Shown here: in pieces, positions 8,484-17,611 of the stretch
Layout: every line of letters begins with the position of its first letter
How positions within the stretch are numbered: the stretch's first letter is position 1
NCBI GenBank assembly: GCA_031406795.1
Contig: JANOHV010000262.1
Coordinates: 723 to 64,722 of the forward strand
From: Candidatus Rokuibacteriota bacterium
GTDB taxonomy: Bacteria > JAUVQV01 > DATDCY01
Reading direction: 5' to 3'
Length of the DNA: 64,000 nt
Made by a program: the position numbers and the translations under genes
The notes under the pieces: model-generated
What the model was told of the DNA's origin: nothing
What the model saw: the letters and a program-made list of their open reading frames with translations, nothing else
The model's database searches: none

Positions 8484-10609
8484 CCGGCGGGCGGCGTCAC
8501 GTCGTCATCGGCTTCGCAGCGTCGTTGGCGGCGCTCGCCGGCGGATTTCTCTGGTTCGGCAATTTTCTCTACCGGGGCATGGACGGGGTGATGGCCGTCT
8601 CCCTCATCCGGGCCGCGCGCGTCTGGAGTTCGCCCTGGGCGCAAAGCCAGATCTCCCACCTCCAGGGGATGGGTGCCCAGCAGGCGCCGACGAATCCATG
8701 GCTCAACCCCGGGTACTCAATTTTCTTCATGGGGACAACGCTGCCGATGGCTGTAGGGTCGTACCTCTTCTTTGCAGCCTGCCTCTTTCTCGCCGTCTAT
8801 GCCTTCGGCCGCGCGCTCGGTCTGGGGCGGGTGATCACGATCCTCGCTGCCCAGGCGGCCTGCGTGCTGACGTTTCCCCCGCTGGAGATCTTCGCCGGCT
8901 TGTACATCCAGACCCGCCTCAACCCGGGCGTCGTCTACCCGATCGCCATCGCGATCGCCATGATTGCGCTGCTCATTCGCATCGGCGACTGTCCCGCGGC
9001 GATCCGCCAGGGGATCATGATCCTCGCCTTTCCCCTGCTCCTTCTCTACAGCCTGCTCTGCGATCCGATCTGGACGATCGTTCCGCAGGTTTCGCTCGCG
9101 ATTTTCTTCGCGGCCGCCCTCGCCTCCGGTCCCGACCGCGCCTCCTTCGGGCGGCGCGGCTTGACAATTCTCGCCACCGGAATCGGCCTCGTCGCACTAT
9201 CCGTCCCCTCCTATCTCCGGCTGCTGCTGGGATATACGGCGCGTAGCCGATTCCGCGTGGAGATCATCGGCGAGATCCAGGACCGCTCCTACGCCTTCTT
9301 GCCGTTCCTGAACTCGAAAGCGGCGGTGCTGTTCGCGCTGCTGCTCGCGGGGATCGTGCTGGCGGCCGCGCGGGGGGAGCGGCGCGTGCGGCTCTTTGCG
9401 GCCGCCGCGCTGGCGCACATGGCGCTGCTGACCGGGCTGAGCGCCGTCTACCTCTTCACCGGCGTCAACTGGACCTACCCGGTCCCGGCGTACTTCCAGC
9501 TCGGGGCCCTCCCCATCTACCTGCTGCTGGCCGCGGCGGGCTGGCATGCGGGCCTTCGTGAACTGCGGCAGAAATTCCCGGGGCTGCCGATGCCCTATTG
9601 GCTGCGCGTTCCGGCCTTGCTTGTCTGCCTCCTCCCGGCGGTCTGTCTGGTCTATATCACCGGGCGGGCACTGGTCGAGAAGCGAGTTCTGTTGCAGGAC
9701 CGCGACACGAACTATGCACAGCGGGTCCCGCTGGATCACCCGTATCTCTGGCTTCTCGAACAGCAATTGGCTGCGGAGCCCGGCCGGCCGTTTCGGGGAA
9801 GCCTCGCTATGGTCATCCCCGAGGCGAAGAACGCTCTGAAGCTGCAGATCATCATGTGGGGGGCGGGGATCCCGACACTCGAGGAGTACAACCAACTCGT
9901 CTCCCCCCCTCTGTACTACCTGGCCACCCGGGCTTTGGGAGAGGCGGGGGACGAGCCATCGGACCGCAATCGCCTGCGAGTGACCACCCCGCGGGTCGGC
10001 CTCCTCCGGGCGCTCGGGGTGCGGTATGTCTGGGCTTCCACATTCCGAAGCGCGCCTCTCGAGCGGTCGGCCGACGCGCGGCTTGCGGCCGCCCCTTTTT
10101 CGACGTACCAGCTCTATGAGCTGCGGGCTCCGAACACCGGGACCTTCTCGCCGGTGCGCGTGCTCACGGCTCGATCGGCGCGCGAAACCGTGCAGCTGCT
10201 GACCGCGTCGGATGTCGATCTGGAGCGGGACATCGTGCTGGACGAGCCGCTGGCGGGCCTCTTCGTGCCGGTGCGCCGCTCGGCGATCAGCTTCGGCGAC
10301 GGCAGCGTCCGGGTGACGGCGGAATCGGACGGTAGGTCGATCGTGCTGCTCCCTTTGCAGTTCTCGCACGCGCTGCGCCTGCGCGACGCGCGCGGCGGGG
10401 CACGTCTGCTACGGGCTAACCTGGCACAGACGGCGCTGGTGTTCGAGCGCGAGGTCGATGCCGTGATCTCGCTTGACTTCGGTTTTGGCCGGACGGCCGG
10501 CCGGGCACGGGACCTCGCCGACCTGGATTCGCTCGGCATCAGCGCGGATGAGCTGCCCCGCCGAATCGACCATCGCTTGCCGGCCATCCAAAAGCCGATA
10601 GAATACTGA
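8480..10609 (+). CDS. large polytopic membrane protein with C-terminal soluble domain (GT-C/YfhO-like architecture, function unknown)
   Basis: ORF track 709 aa. About 10-12 hydrophobic helices in the first 400 aa, then a ~300-aa hydrophilic domain. GTG start overlaps the upstream TGA (GTGA), suggesting translational coupling to the preceding glycosyltransferase. Confidence 0.5.
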   Translation: MTGGRRHVVIGFAASLAALAGGFLWFGNFLYRGMDGVMAVSLIRAARVWSSPWAQSQISHLQGMGAQQAPTNPWLNPGYSIFFMGTTLPMAVGSYLFFAACLFLAVYAFGRALGLGRVITILAAQAACVLTFPPLEIFAGLYIQTRLNPGVVYPIAIAIAMIALLIRIGDCPAAIRQGIMILAFPLLLLYSLLCDPIWTIVPQVSLAIFFAAALASGPDRASFGRRGLTILATGIGLVALSVPSYLRLLLGYTARSRFRVEIIGEIQDRSYAFLPFLNSKAAVLFALLLAGIVLAAARGERRVRLFAAAALAHMALLTGLSAVYLFTGVNWTYPVPAYFQLGALPIYLLLAAAGWHAGLRELRQKFPGLPMPYWLRVPALLVCLLPAVCLVYITGRALVEKRVLLQDRDTNYAQRVPLDHPYLWLLEQQLAAEPGRPFRGSLAMVIPEAKNALKLQIIMWGAGIPTLEEYNQLVSPPLYYLATRALGEAGDEPSDRNRLRVTTPRVGLLRALGVRYVWASTFRSAPLERSADARLAAAPFSTYQLYELRAPNTGTFSPVRVLTARSARETVQLLTASDVDLERDIVLDEPLAGLFVPVRRSAISFGDGSVRVTAESDGRSIVLLPLQFSHALRLRDARGGARLLRANLAQTALVFEREVDAVISLDFGFGRTAGRARDLADLDSLGISADELPRRIDHRLPAIQKPIEY

Positions 10610-10680
10610 GACTTGCCGTTTTCGGGGCAGCGCGGTAACCGAACCGCCGGCGCCGGTGTACCAGTCAAGAGGGAGCGAGC

Positions 10681-11643
10681 ATGGGAACGACGGGGAAGAG
10701 AGCAGTGAACGAGGCGGCGGACCCGGGCCGGCGCGAGGTGTGCCGGAGGCTGGGCCAGGTCGCGCTAGCCGGTGCGGCTGCGGCCGCGGCTTTTTCGCTG
10801 CGGGAGCTGGTGCCGGCCGCAGCGGCGCCCACGCCTCCGGGTCTGGCCGCCGTCAAAGGCGCCCCCGAGGCGGCCGCGCGCCGGGCCGTGGCGCTGCTCG
10901 GCGGGATGGGGCGGTTCGTCCGCCCCGGCCAGAAGGTCGTCGTCAAGCCGAACATCGGCTGGGACCGCACGGTGGAGCAGGCGGCGAACACCCACCCCGC
11001 GGTCGTCGTCGCGGTGGTGCGGCTGTGCCTCGAGGCCGGCGCCGGGGAGGTTCTCGTCTTCGACCGCACCTGCAACGACCAGCGCCTCTGCTATCGGCGC
11101 AGCGGGATCGAGGCCGCGCTCGAGGGGGTCGCCGACCGGAAGGTGCGGCTTTTCCACCCCGACGAGCGGCGCTACCGCTCGGTGCCGATCCCGGGCGGAA
11201 AGGCGCTGACCTCGTGGGAGTTCTACGAGGACGCGCTGGCCGCGGATGTCTTCATCAACGTGCCGATCGCCAAACACCACGGGCTGAGCGTCCTGACGCT
11301 GAGCCTGAAGAACATCATGGGCGTCGCGGGCGGCAACCGCGGCCGCCTCCACACGGATTTCGACGACAAGATCGTGGATCTGAACCTCGGGCGGCCTTCC
11401 GACCTCGTCGTGCTCGACGCGACGCGCATCCTGCTGGCGCACGGGCCGCAGGGGGGGAACCTGGCGGACGTCGGCCACCCCGGCGTCGTGGTCGCGGGGA
11501 CGGACGTCGTCGCCGTCGACGCGTATGCGACGCGCTTCTTCGCCAAGACGCCCCAGGACGTGCCCCACATCGTGCGGGCAGCCGAGCGCGGGCTCGGGAC
11601 GCTGGACCTGGCCCGGGTTGCGCCCAGGGAAGAGACCCTCTGA
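10681..11643 (+). CDS. DUF362 domain protein with twin-arginine (TAT) signal
   Basis: ORF track 320 aa. The N-terminal GRREVCRRLGQVALAGAAAAAAF looks like a TAT signal. KVVVKPNIGW..VFINVPIAKHHGLSVLTLSLKNIMG is typical of DUF362. The alternative-frame ORF 10656-11657 is rejected as low complexity. Confidence 0.75.
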   Translation: MGTTGKRAVNEAADPGRREVCRRLGQVALAGAAAAAAFSLRELVPAAAAPTPPGLAAVKGAPEAAARRAVALLGGMGRFVRPGQKVVVKPNIGWDRTVEQAANTHPAVVVAVVRLCLEAGAGEVLVFDRTCNDQRLCYRRSGIEAALEGVADRKVRLFHPDERRYRSVPIPGGKALTSWEFYEDALAADVFINVPIAKHHGLSVLTLSLKNIMGVAGGNRGRLHTDFDDKIVDLNLGRPSDLVVLDATRILLAHGPQGGNLADVGHPGVVVAGTDVVAVDAYATRFFAKTPQDVPHIVRAAERGLGTLDLARVAPREETL

Positions 11644-11712
11644 TCGCTGGCGAATGAACTCTTTCCGCATTGACGCAGTCAAAACAAGGATGGACATGAG
11701 ACCAGGTTCGAA

Positions 11713-13254
11713 ATGAGCCCCCGGCGCTGGCTTCTGCTGCGCCGTGTTTCGCAGCTGGTCTTTCTCGTCACGTTCGTCTTCCTGCTGCTGCGCACCGAAT
11801 ATCGCGGTTTCGACGTCATCCGCTACCCGGTCAACACCTTCTTCCAGCTCGACCCGCTGCTCGGTCTGGCTACCTTGATCGGACTGCGCGAGGCGATCGG
11901 GCACTTCTGGCCCGCGCTGCTGACCGTCGCGGTGACGCTTGCGCTCGGACGGGTCTTCTGCGGCTGGTTCTGCCCGCTGGGGGCGACGCTGGATCTGACG
12001 CGTCGCCTGCTCCGGACGCTCCCCGCGCCGCGCCGCCCGCTGCGCTGGGAGGGCCGCCGCGTGAAGTACTACCTGCTGGCCGCCGTGCTGGCCGCCGCGG
12101 TCTTCAACTGGCAAGCGGCGTGGCTGCTCGACCCCTTCAGCCTGCTCACGCGCGGACTCTCGGTCGGGGTCGTCCCGGCGGTCAACGGCGCAGTGAGCGC
12201 GGTCTTCAACAGCGTCTACTTCGGCCTGCCGGCGTTGCGCCCGCTCTCCGAGCCGGTGTTCGACCTGCTCAAGGCGCACGTGCTGACCTACGAGCAGCAG
12301 TACTTCCGCTGGGCCTGGCTCTCGCTCGGGGTGCTGCTCGCGGTGCTCGCGCTGGAGCGCTGGCAGCCGCGCTTCTGGTGCCGCAACCTCTGCCCGCTCG
12401 GCGGGCTGCTCTCGCTCTGCGCGCGAGGCCGGACGCTCTCCAGGAAGGTGAGCGGCGCCTGCACAGACTGCGGCACCTGCTGGGGCACCTGCCCGGTCGG
12501 CCTGATCGAGGATGGCACGCATCGCCGTTCACAGGCCGAGTGCACCGCCTGCATGCGCTGCCCGCCGGTTTGTCCCGAGGAAGCGATCGGCTTTGCGTGG
12601 GGGTATCGCCGCGCCGAGGCGCCGCTGGACATCGATCGCCGCCGCCTGATCGGCTCGGTCGTCGCGGGGATGGCGCTCGTGCCGTTGACGCGAATGCACC
12701 CGGCGCGCGCGACGGTGCCGCCCGAGCGGCTGCGGCCGCCGGGCGCGCGCCCGGAAGCGGACTTTCTCAACCGCTGTCTGCGCTGCGGGGCCTGCATGAA
12801 GGTCTGCATGCGCAATGCGATCCACCCGGCGCTGCACGAAGCGGGGTGGGAGGGCGTGTTCACCCCGATCATGGATTTCGAGATCGGCTACTGCGAGTAC
12901 AACTGCACGCTCTGCGGCCAGGTCTGCCCGTCGGAGGCGATCCGACGCCTGCCGCTGCAGCAGAAGCAGAAGTACGTCATCGGCACCGCGGTCTTCGACA
13001 AGGGCCGCTGTCTGCCGTGGGCCAATCACATCAACTGCCTGGTCTGCGAGGAGCACTGCCCGACCGGCGAGAAGGCGATCGTCTTCGAAGAGCAGGACGC
13101 CGTGGGGCGCGACGGCAAGACGATCCGCGTCAAACTCCCGATCGTGGTCCCCGAGCGCTGTATCGGCTGCGGGATCTGTCAGCAGAAATGCCCGGTCGAG
13201 GGGCGCGCTGCGGTCTTCGTCACTCCCCAGGGCGAGTCGCGGGCGGCCGGGTGA
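11713..13254 (+). CDS. membrane-bound polyferredoxin (NapH/MauN-like 4Fe-4S binding protein)
   Basis: ORF track 513 aa. N-terminal TM helices with a CGWFCPLG motif, then multiple CxxCxxCxxxCP ferredoxin motifs (CTDCGTCWGTCP, CTACMRCPPVCP, CLRCGACMKVCM, CTLCGQVCP, CLVCEEHCP, CIGCGICQQKCP). Confidence 0.85.
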   Translation: MSPRRWLLLRRVSQLVFLVTFVFLLLRTEYRGFDVIRYPVNTFFQLDPLLGLATLIGLREAIGHFWPALLTVAVTLALGRVFCGWFCPLGATLDLTRRLLRTLPAPRRPLRWEGRRVKYYLLAAVLAAAVFNWQAAWLLDPFSLLTRGLSVGVVPAVNGAVSAVFNSVYFGLPALRPLSEPVFDLLKAHVLTYEQQYFRWAWLSLGVLLAVLALERWQPRFWCRNLCPLGGLLSLCARGRTLSRKVSGACTDCGTCWGTCPVGLIEDGTHRRSQAECTACMRCPPVCPEEAIGFAWGYRRAEAPLDIDRRRLIGSVVAGMALVPLTRMHPARATVPPERLRPPGARPEADFLNRCLRCGACMKVCMRNAIHPALHEAGWEGVFTPIMDFEIGYCEYNCTLCGQVCPSEAIRRLPLQQKQKYVIGTAVFDKGRCLPWANHINCLVCEEHCPTGEKAIVFEEQDAVGRDGKTIRVKLPIVVPERCIGCGICQQKCPVEGRAAVFVTPQGESRAAG

Positions 13255-13277
13255 AGCGCCGTGAGGCAGGTTTCGGC

Positions 13278-14333
13278 ATGACACCGGGCGAAGGGATCCC
13301 CGGAACGCGGCTGCTGCTCGCGTGCGGCGTTCTGCTCGTCGGATTCGCCGCGTCGTGCTCCCGGATCGACGCGGATGCCGTCTATGCGGTGCGGCTCGCC
13401 GCGCCGCCGACCGACGCCGCGTGGGACCTGGCGATGCCGCGCCGCGTGAAGGCCGGCGGCGGCAGCGTGCACGGGCGGACCCCGGTGCTCGCCGGCCTCG
13501 AGCTGGACACCGACGCGGTGCACGGCGCGTCGGCCTCCTGCCACCACGGCCCGCCGGTCACCCACCCGACGCCGGTGCAGCTCCGGGCGTACCACACGGC
13601 TGCCGATCTCTATCTCGACGTGCGCTGGGAGGATGCCACGGCAGACCTCGTTCCCCGCTCCTGGAAGCGCACCGACGGCGGCTGGGAGATCGCGCCCGAC
13701 GACGAAGACGGCGTCGCGATCCTCTGGAGCAGCGGCGCCGGACGCTTCGGCTGCCAGGCGGCCTGCCACCAGAGCGATTTCGCCGTCCGCGGCGGCTCGC
13801 TGGTGGACGTGCGCTCGATGTTCCTCGCGGAGGAGGGGGTCCGGGAGGAGGCCTGGGTCTGGAAGCCGTCTCTCGGCGGCCGCCAGCTGCTGATTGACCG
13901 CACGGGTTTCGTGACCCCCGGCGGGGCGCCCTACAGCGCGGTGAATTCGCGGTTGGCTCACGACGCCGCGCTCGGGCCCGAGGCCAGGCGCGCCGGCATG
14001 TTCGGGAAGCAGGACGCACCGGTGACCGACGGGGAGGGGCGACCCGTCACGGCTGCCACGCGCACTGCCCCCGCTAGCCGCTGGGCCCCTGCGGGCGAGG
14101 AAAACCGCGTCACCGCCCGTGCCGAACGGTGGCGCCGGGGCTGGCGTGTGGTGTTCACCCGGCCTCTCGCCCCCGGGGACGGACTCGCGGCCTTCCGGCC
14201 CGGGGAGCGCCACCGGTTCGGCGTCGCGATCTTCGACGGCACCTCGGTGAACCACCACGTCGTCCGCGACACCCAGATCTTCGAGATCGTGGCGCCGCCT
14301 GCTCCGGGCGTGGCGTCGGAGGAGGCGGAGTGA
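13278..14333 (+). CDS. putative heme-binding lipoprotein (CxxCH motif; ethylbenzene-dehydrogenase-gamma/DOMON-like domain suspected)
   Basis: Embedded in track ORF 12120-14333; the real start is ATG 13278 (MTPGEGIPGTRLLLACGVLLVGFAASC). Lipobox-like AASC, and a CQAACH heme c motif. The rest is a hydrophilic periplasmic domain. Confidence 0.55.
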   Translation: MTPGEGIPGTRLLLACGVLLVGFAASCSRIDADAVYAVRLAAPPTDAAWDLAMPRRVKAGGGSVHGRTPVLAGLELDTDAVHGASASCHHGPPVTHPTPVQLRAYHTAADLYLDVRWEDATADLVPRSWKRTDGGWEIAPDDEDGVAILWSSGAGRFGCQAACHQSDFAVRGGSLVDVRSMFLAEEGVREEAWVWKPSLGGRQLLIDRTGFVTPGGAPYSAVNSRLAHDAALGPEARRAGMFGKQDAPVTDGEGRPVTAATRTAPASRWAPAGEENRVTARAERWRRGWRVVFTRPLAPGDGLAAFRPGERHRFGVAIFDGTSVNHHVVRDTQIFEIVAPPAPGVASEEAE

Positions 14334-15829
14334 CGGATCGTTTCCGACTCGCCGGCGCGCCGCTTGCATTCGCGCTGGCGACCTGCCTGACGCTCCACTC
14401 TGTGCCGTGCCGGGCGGCGTCCGATCCGCCGGTCCCGCTACCCATCCTCGCCGTCGACCCGCTGGTCCGCGGCACGGTCCTGGAAAACCACACCGACGCC
14501 CTCGCCCACTGGGTCGGGCGCGGCGATGCCCGCGCCGTTCTCCTTCATGTCGCCGCAGGCCACGGGATGAAGGTCCTCAGTGGCGAGAGCCTGTCCGCGC
14601 TCAAGGGACTTGCCGGACGCAAGGACCTTCCGGCACTGTCCCGGGCCGGGCGCGGCGGGAGCGAGGGGCTGTATGACGATGGGAACTTTATTCGAGCCGC
14701 CGCGGGGCTGGGGATCATCCGCGAGGTGGTCTGGATCGCCCCTATCCCGATGCCGGAGGGGAAGGACGCGGGGGTGCAGATGAAGAAGTTTCTGGGAAGA
14801 ACCGGTCTTTCGGCACTGGAGCAGGAAAGTTTCCACCCGGCGGCTGGCTGTTATCAGGGCAAAGCCGGGGGAATCCCTGTGAAAGTGTGCAGCCAGGAAC
14901 GGCTTCCCGCCCTCGGCGAAACCGTGCTGCTGAGCATCGGCGCCGACTACTTTCCGCACGCCGCCGGGCAGCGCGGGCTCACGCTGATCACCGAGATCCG
15001 GGCGCTCTTCAGGGCGCTGCGAAAAGCCCGTTACGCCGTCCGGGACACGGTGGTGGCCCACTCGGTGCTGGGAGGTTACCTCTCACCGGACCTGCGCTGG
15101 GTTGGCGAGTCGGTCCTGGAGGTGCTCAAAGATCCTTCGGTCACCCTGGCCGAGATGCCGCCTCAGCGGTGGAATGTCCTGCAGAAGCTCGCCGGCCTTG
15201 GCGCGGGAGGCGAGCCGGAGGGGGTCGAGATGCTGGGCCTCGCACTCTCGGCGCTGGAGGAGCAACCGCACGATCCCGCGTTGCTGCTGTACGCGGCGGA
15301 GGCCGCGGCCGGGCACACCGGCGCCGGCGACCGGGCGCTGGCGTACGCCGAGGAGGCCTGCCGGATCGACCGCGGCCGCTGTGTCGGCTTGCGCGAGGTC
15401 GGCCTCCGGTACCTGGAGCGCGGAGAGATCGAAACCGGACTGCGATTCATCGCCGCCGCGGAGAGCCACATGCCGGGGACGGAGTACGGCCAGCTCGACC
15501 TGGGAATTGCGCTGATGAAGGCGGGCAGAGACGAGGAGGCGGTGGCGGCTCTCGAGGTGCACCGGGCGCGGCACGGGAACTTCCCGTCCGGTTTTCTGAT
15601 TGGGGCTATCCATCAGTTCAAGGGCGATCGCGCGGCCGCGCGGCGCTCGTTCGATGGCGCCGTGGCCGCGATCGGGTCTGCCGACGGGCTCCAGGTCGTG
15701 CGGGGGGAGATCGCTCACGTCATTGCGACCGCCGCGGCGTTCTACCGCGAGGAAGGGCTGAAGCAGCAAGCCGAGCAGCTCGAGCGGGATCCGCGCCTGC
15801 GTCTTCCCTCACCGCGTGTCGGGCCCTAG
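14330..15829 (+). CDS. secreted hypothetical protein with C-terminal TPR-like repeats
   Basis: Track ORF 14129-15829. The N-terminal extension is low complexity, so I use GTG 14330, which overlaps the upstream TGA. From that start the protein begins VTDRFRLAGAPLAFALATCLTLHSVPCRAAS (signal peptide). The C-terminal region has TPR-like helices. Confidence 0.5.
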   Translation: MTDRFRLAGAPLAFALATCLTLHSVPCRAASDPPVPLPILAVDPLVRGTVLENHTDALAHWVGRGDARAVLLHVAAGHGMKVLSGESLSALKGLAGRKDLPALSRAGRGGSEGLYDDGNFIRAAAGLGIIREVVWIAPIPMPEGKDAGVQMKKFLGRTGLSALEQESFHPAAGCYQGKAGGIPVKVCSQERLPALGETVLLSIGADYFPHAAGQRGLTLITEIRALFRALRKARYAVRDTVVAHSVLGGYLSPDLRWVGESVLEVLKDPSVTLAEMPPQRWNVLQKLAGLGAGGEPEGVEMLGLALSALEEQPHDPALLLYAAEAAAGHTGAGDRALAYAEEACRIDRGRCVGLREVGLRYLERGEIETGLRFIAAAESHMPGTEYGQLDLGIALMKAGRDEEAVAALEVHRARHGNFPSGFLIGAIHQFKGDRAAARRSFDGAVAAIGSADGLQVVRGEIAHVIATAAAFYREEGLKQQAEQLERDPRLRLPSPRVGP

Positions 15830-15882
15830 CGGCGTGTGGTGCGCGGTATATACTGAGACGATGACCCGGGGGAGATGAAGAG

Positions 15883-16644
15883 ATGAGCATGGAAGGGATA
15901 CCGAAGCTGTCCGCGTCGGCCGCGCTGCTGCTCGCGGTTCTCGCTGCCACGGCGGCCTGCGGCGGGTCGAAGCAGGAGTCCGGCCAGGCGATGGTGCGGG
16001 GGAAGGCGCTGACGCCGCTGGCCGAGGCGTACGTCTCGGTCTACCGCGAGGGCATGGACCTGAAGGGCCCCCCCTACACGACCTCCCAGCCCACCGGGCC
16101 GGAGGGCGACTTCTCGATCTCGCTGCCGCCGGGGAAGTATTTCTTCGTGCTGCGCCAGCGGGCGGCGGGCGACAGCGTGGGCCCGGTGCGGACGGGGGAC
16201 CTTCACAGCGAGGTCGTCGGGCCGGTCACCGTGCGCGGCGGCGAGGACATCACCCGCGATCTGATCGCCGTGCGCAAGATCGGCGAGACGAAGGATCTCC
16301 CCTCCACGACCCCGGCGCCGACGACCACCGGGATCAGCGGGGTGATCACCGACCCCGACGGCAAGCCGGTCAAGGACGCGCGGCTCCACGCCTACACCTA
16401 CCCGCAGATGTCCGAGCGGCCGAAGTACGTCTCGGAGGCGACCGGTGCGGACGGGCGGTACGTGCTCTTCTTCCCCGAAGGGGGCACCTACTACCTGGCC
16501 GCGCGCAGCCGCTTCGGGGGGCCCCCGAAGATCGGCGAGTTGTACGGCCGCTACGACGACGGCACGGTCGAGCCCTCGGCGATCCACGTCAAGGACAACG
16601 AGATCATCGAGCATGTCGACATCACGGTCCACAAGATCTGGTAG
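15883..16644 (+). CDS. lipoprotein with two carboxypeptidase-regulatory-like (CarbopepD_reg) repeats
   Basis: ORF track 253 aa. Signal plus lipobox AACGGS. Repeats end in GKYFFVLRQRAAGD and GTYYLAARSRFGGPP, with a TGADGRY motif. An AT-rich TATATACT box lies about 25 nt upstream. Confidence 0.8.
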   Translation: MSMEGIPKLSASAALLLAVLAATAACGGSKQESGQAMVRGKALTPLAEAYVSVYREGMDLKGPPYTTSQPTGPEGDFSISLPPGKYFFVLRQRAAGDSVGPVRTGDLHSEVVGPVTVRGGEDITRDLIAVRKIGETKDLPSTTPAPTTTGISGVITDPDGKPVKDARLHAYTYPQMSERPKYVSEATGADGRYVLFFPEGGTYYLAARSRFGGPPKIGELYGRYDDGTVEPSAIHVKDNEIIEHVDITVHKIW

Positions 16645-16702
16645 ACCGGAGCCCACCTCTGATTCCCCCTTGGGCAAAGGGGGAGCAAGGGGGGGTGAAA
16701 AA

Positions 16703-17611
16703 ATGCGCCTTCTGCTCGTCTCGGCGTGCTGTGCGGTGCTCCTGCTCGCCGCGGGCGGTTGCGGCCGCGGTCTGTCCGACCGACCGCTCGCCGAGGTGAT
16801 CGCCGCTGCCGAGAAGGGTGGGGGACCGGCAATCCGCGAACTCGTCAACCGCTTCGGCGACCCGGACCCCGCGCTCGCCCAGCAGGCCTGGGAGGCCGCG
16901 GTGCAGATCGGCGCGCCGGTCGTCCCCGAGTGCATCCGCGCGCTCGCAGCCAGGGACCGGGTCATCGGCGAGCACGCCGCCGGGGCCCTCGGCGCGCTGC
17001 AGGCGAAGGAGGCGGTCGACGGGCTCGTTGCGGCGCTCGCCCGCCCCGACTTCCGGCGCTACGCGGCGGCCTGGGCGCTCGGCGAAATCGCCGACCCCCG
17101 CGCGATCCCGCCGCTGGTGCGCGCACTCGGCGACAGCGATCCCGAGACGCGCAAGTTCGCCACGCGTTCGCTGACCAAGTTCGGTCCGCTCGCCTCGGAC
17201 GCCCTGCTCGCGGCGCTGGCCGACCCGTCGGCGCCGGTGCGCCGGTACGCGGTGCGGGCGCTCGGCCAGATGCAGGAGCGCCGGGCGGTCGAGCCGCTGC
17301 TCGCACTCGAGGGGAAGGTCGACCTGGACGTGCTCCTCTGGGCCTTCGGGCGGCTCGGCGACCTGCGCGGGCTGCCGCTGCTCGAGCGAGAGGCCGGCGC
17401 GACCGACTGGAAGGTGCGCCTCGCCGCGGTGCAGGGCCTCGGGGACCTGGCGGATCCCGCATCGGTCCCGGCGTTGAAGAAGGCGCTCGCCGACCCGGAG
17501 TGGATCGTGCGCGAGTGGGCGGCGCGCGGGCTCGAGAGCGTGACCGGGGAGCGTTTCACCTACCGGGACCAGCATGGGCAGGACGTCGCCCCCTACAGCC
17601 TCTACCGCTAG
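16703..17611 (+). CDS. HEAT-repeat (PBS-lyase-like) lipoprotein
   Basis: Track ORF 16445-17611. Real start is ATG 16703 after GGGAGCAAGGGGGGTGA. MRLLLVSACCAVLLLAAGGCG lipoprotein signal, then repeated A(L/V)xALGxxxDPxAVxPLxxAL units. Confidence 0.8.
   Translation: MRLLLVSACCAVLLLAAGGCGRGLSDRPLAEVIAAAEKGGGPAIRELVNRFGDPDPALAQQAWEAAVQIGAPVVPECIRALAARDRVIGEHAAGALGALQAKEAVDGLVAALARPDFRRYAAAWALGEIADPRAIPPLVRALGDSDPETRKFATRSLTKFGPLASDALLAALADPSAPVRRYAVRALGQMQERRAVEPLLALEGKVDLDVLLWAFGRLGDLRGLPLLEREAGATDWKVRLAAVQGLGDLADPASVPALKKALADPEWIVREWAARGLESVTGERFTYRDQHGQDVAPYSLYR

Noticed and set aside
10656-11657. 333-aa plus-strand ORF overlapping DUF362 in another frame, and the 585-aa minus ORF 10765-12522
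   Set aside because: Gly/Arg/Pro repeats only. The DUF362 frame has clear family motifs and a TAT signal.
12120-14333. 737-aa ORF treated as one gene
   Set aside because: The first 1.1 kb is an out-of-frame overlap of the polyferredoxin gene (Arg/Ala/Gly-rich). Only the segment from ATG 13278, with its lipoprotein signal, is a plausible gene.
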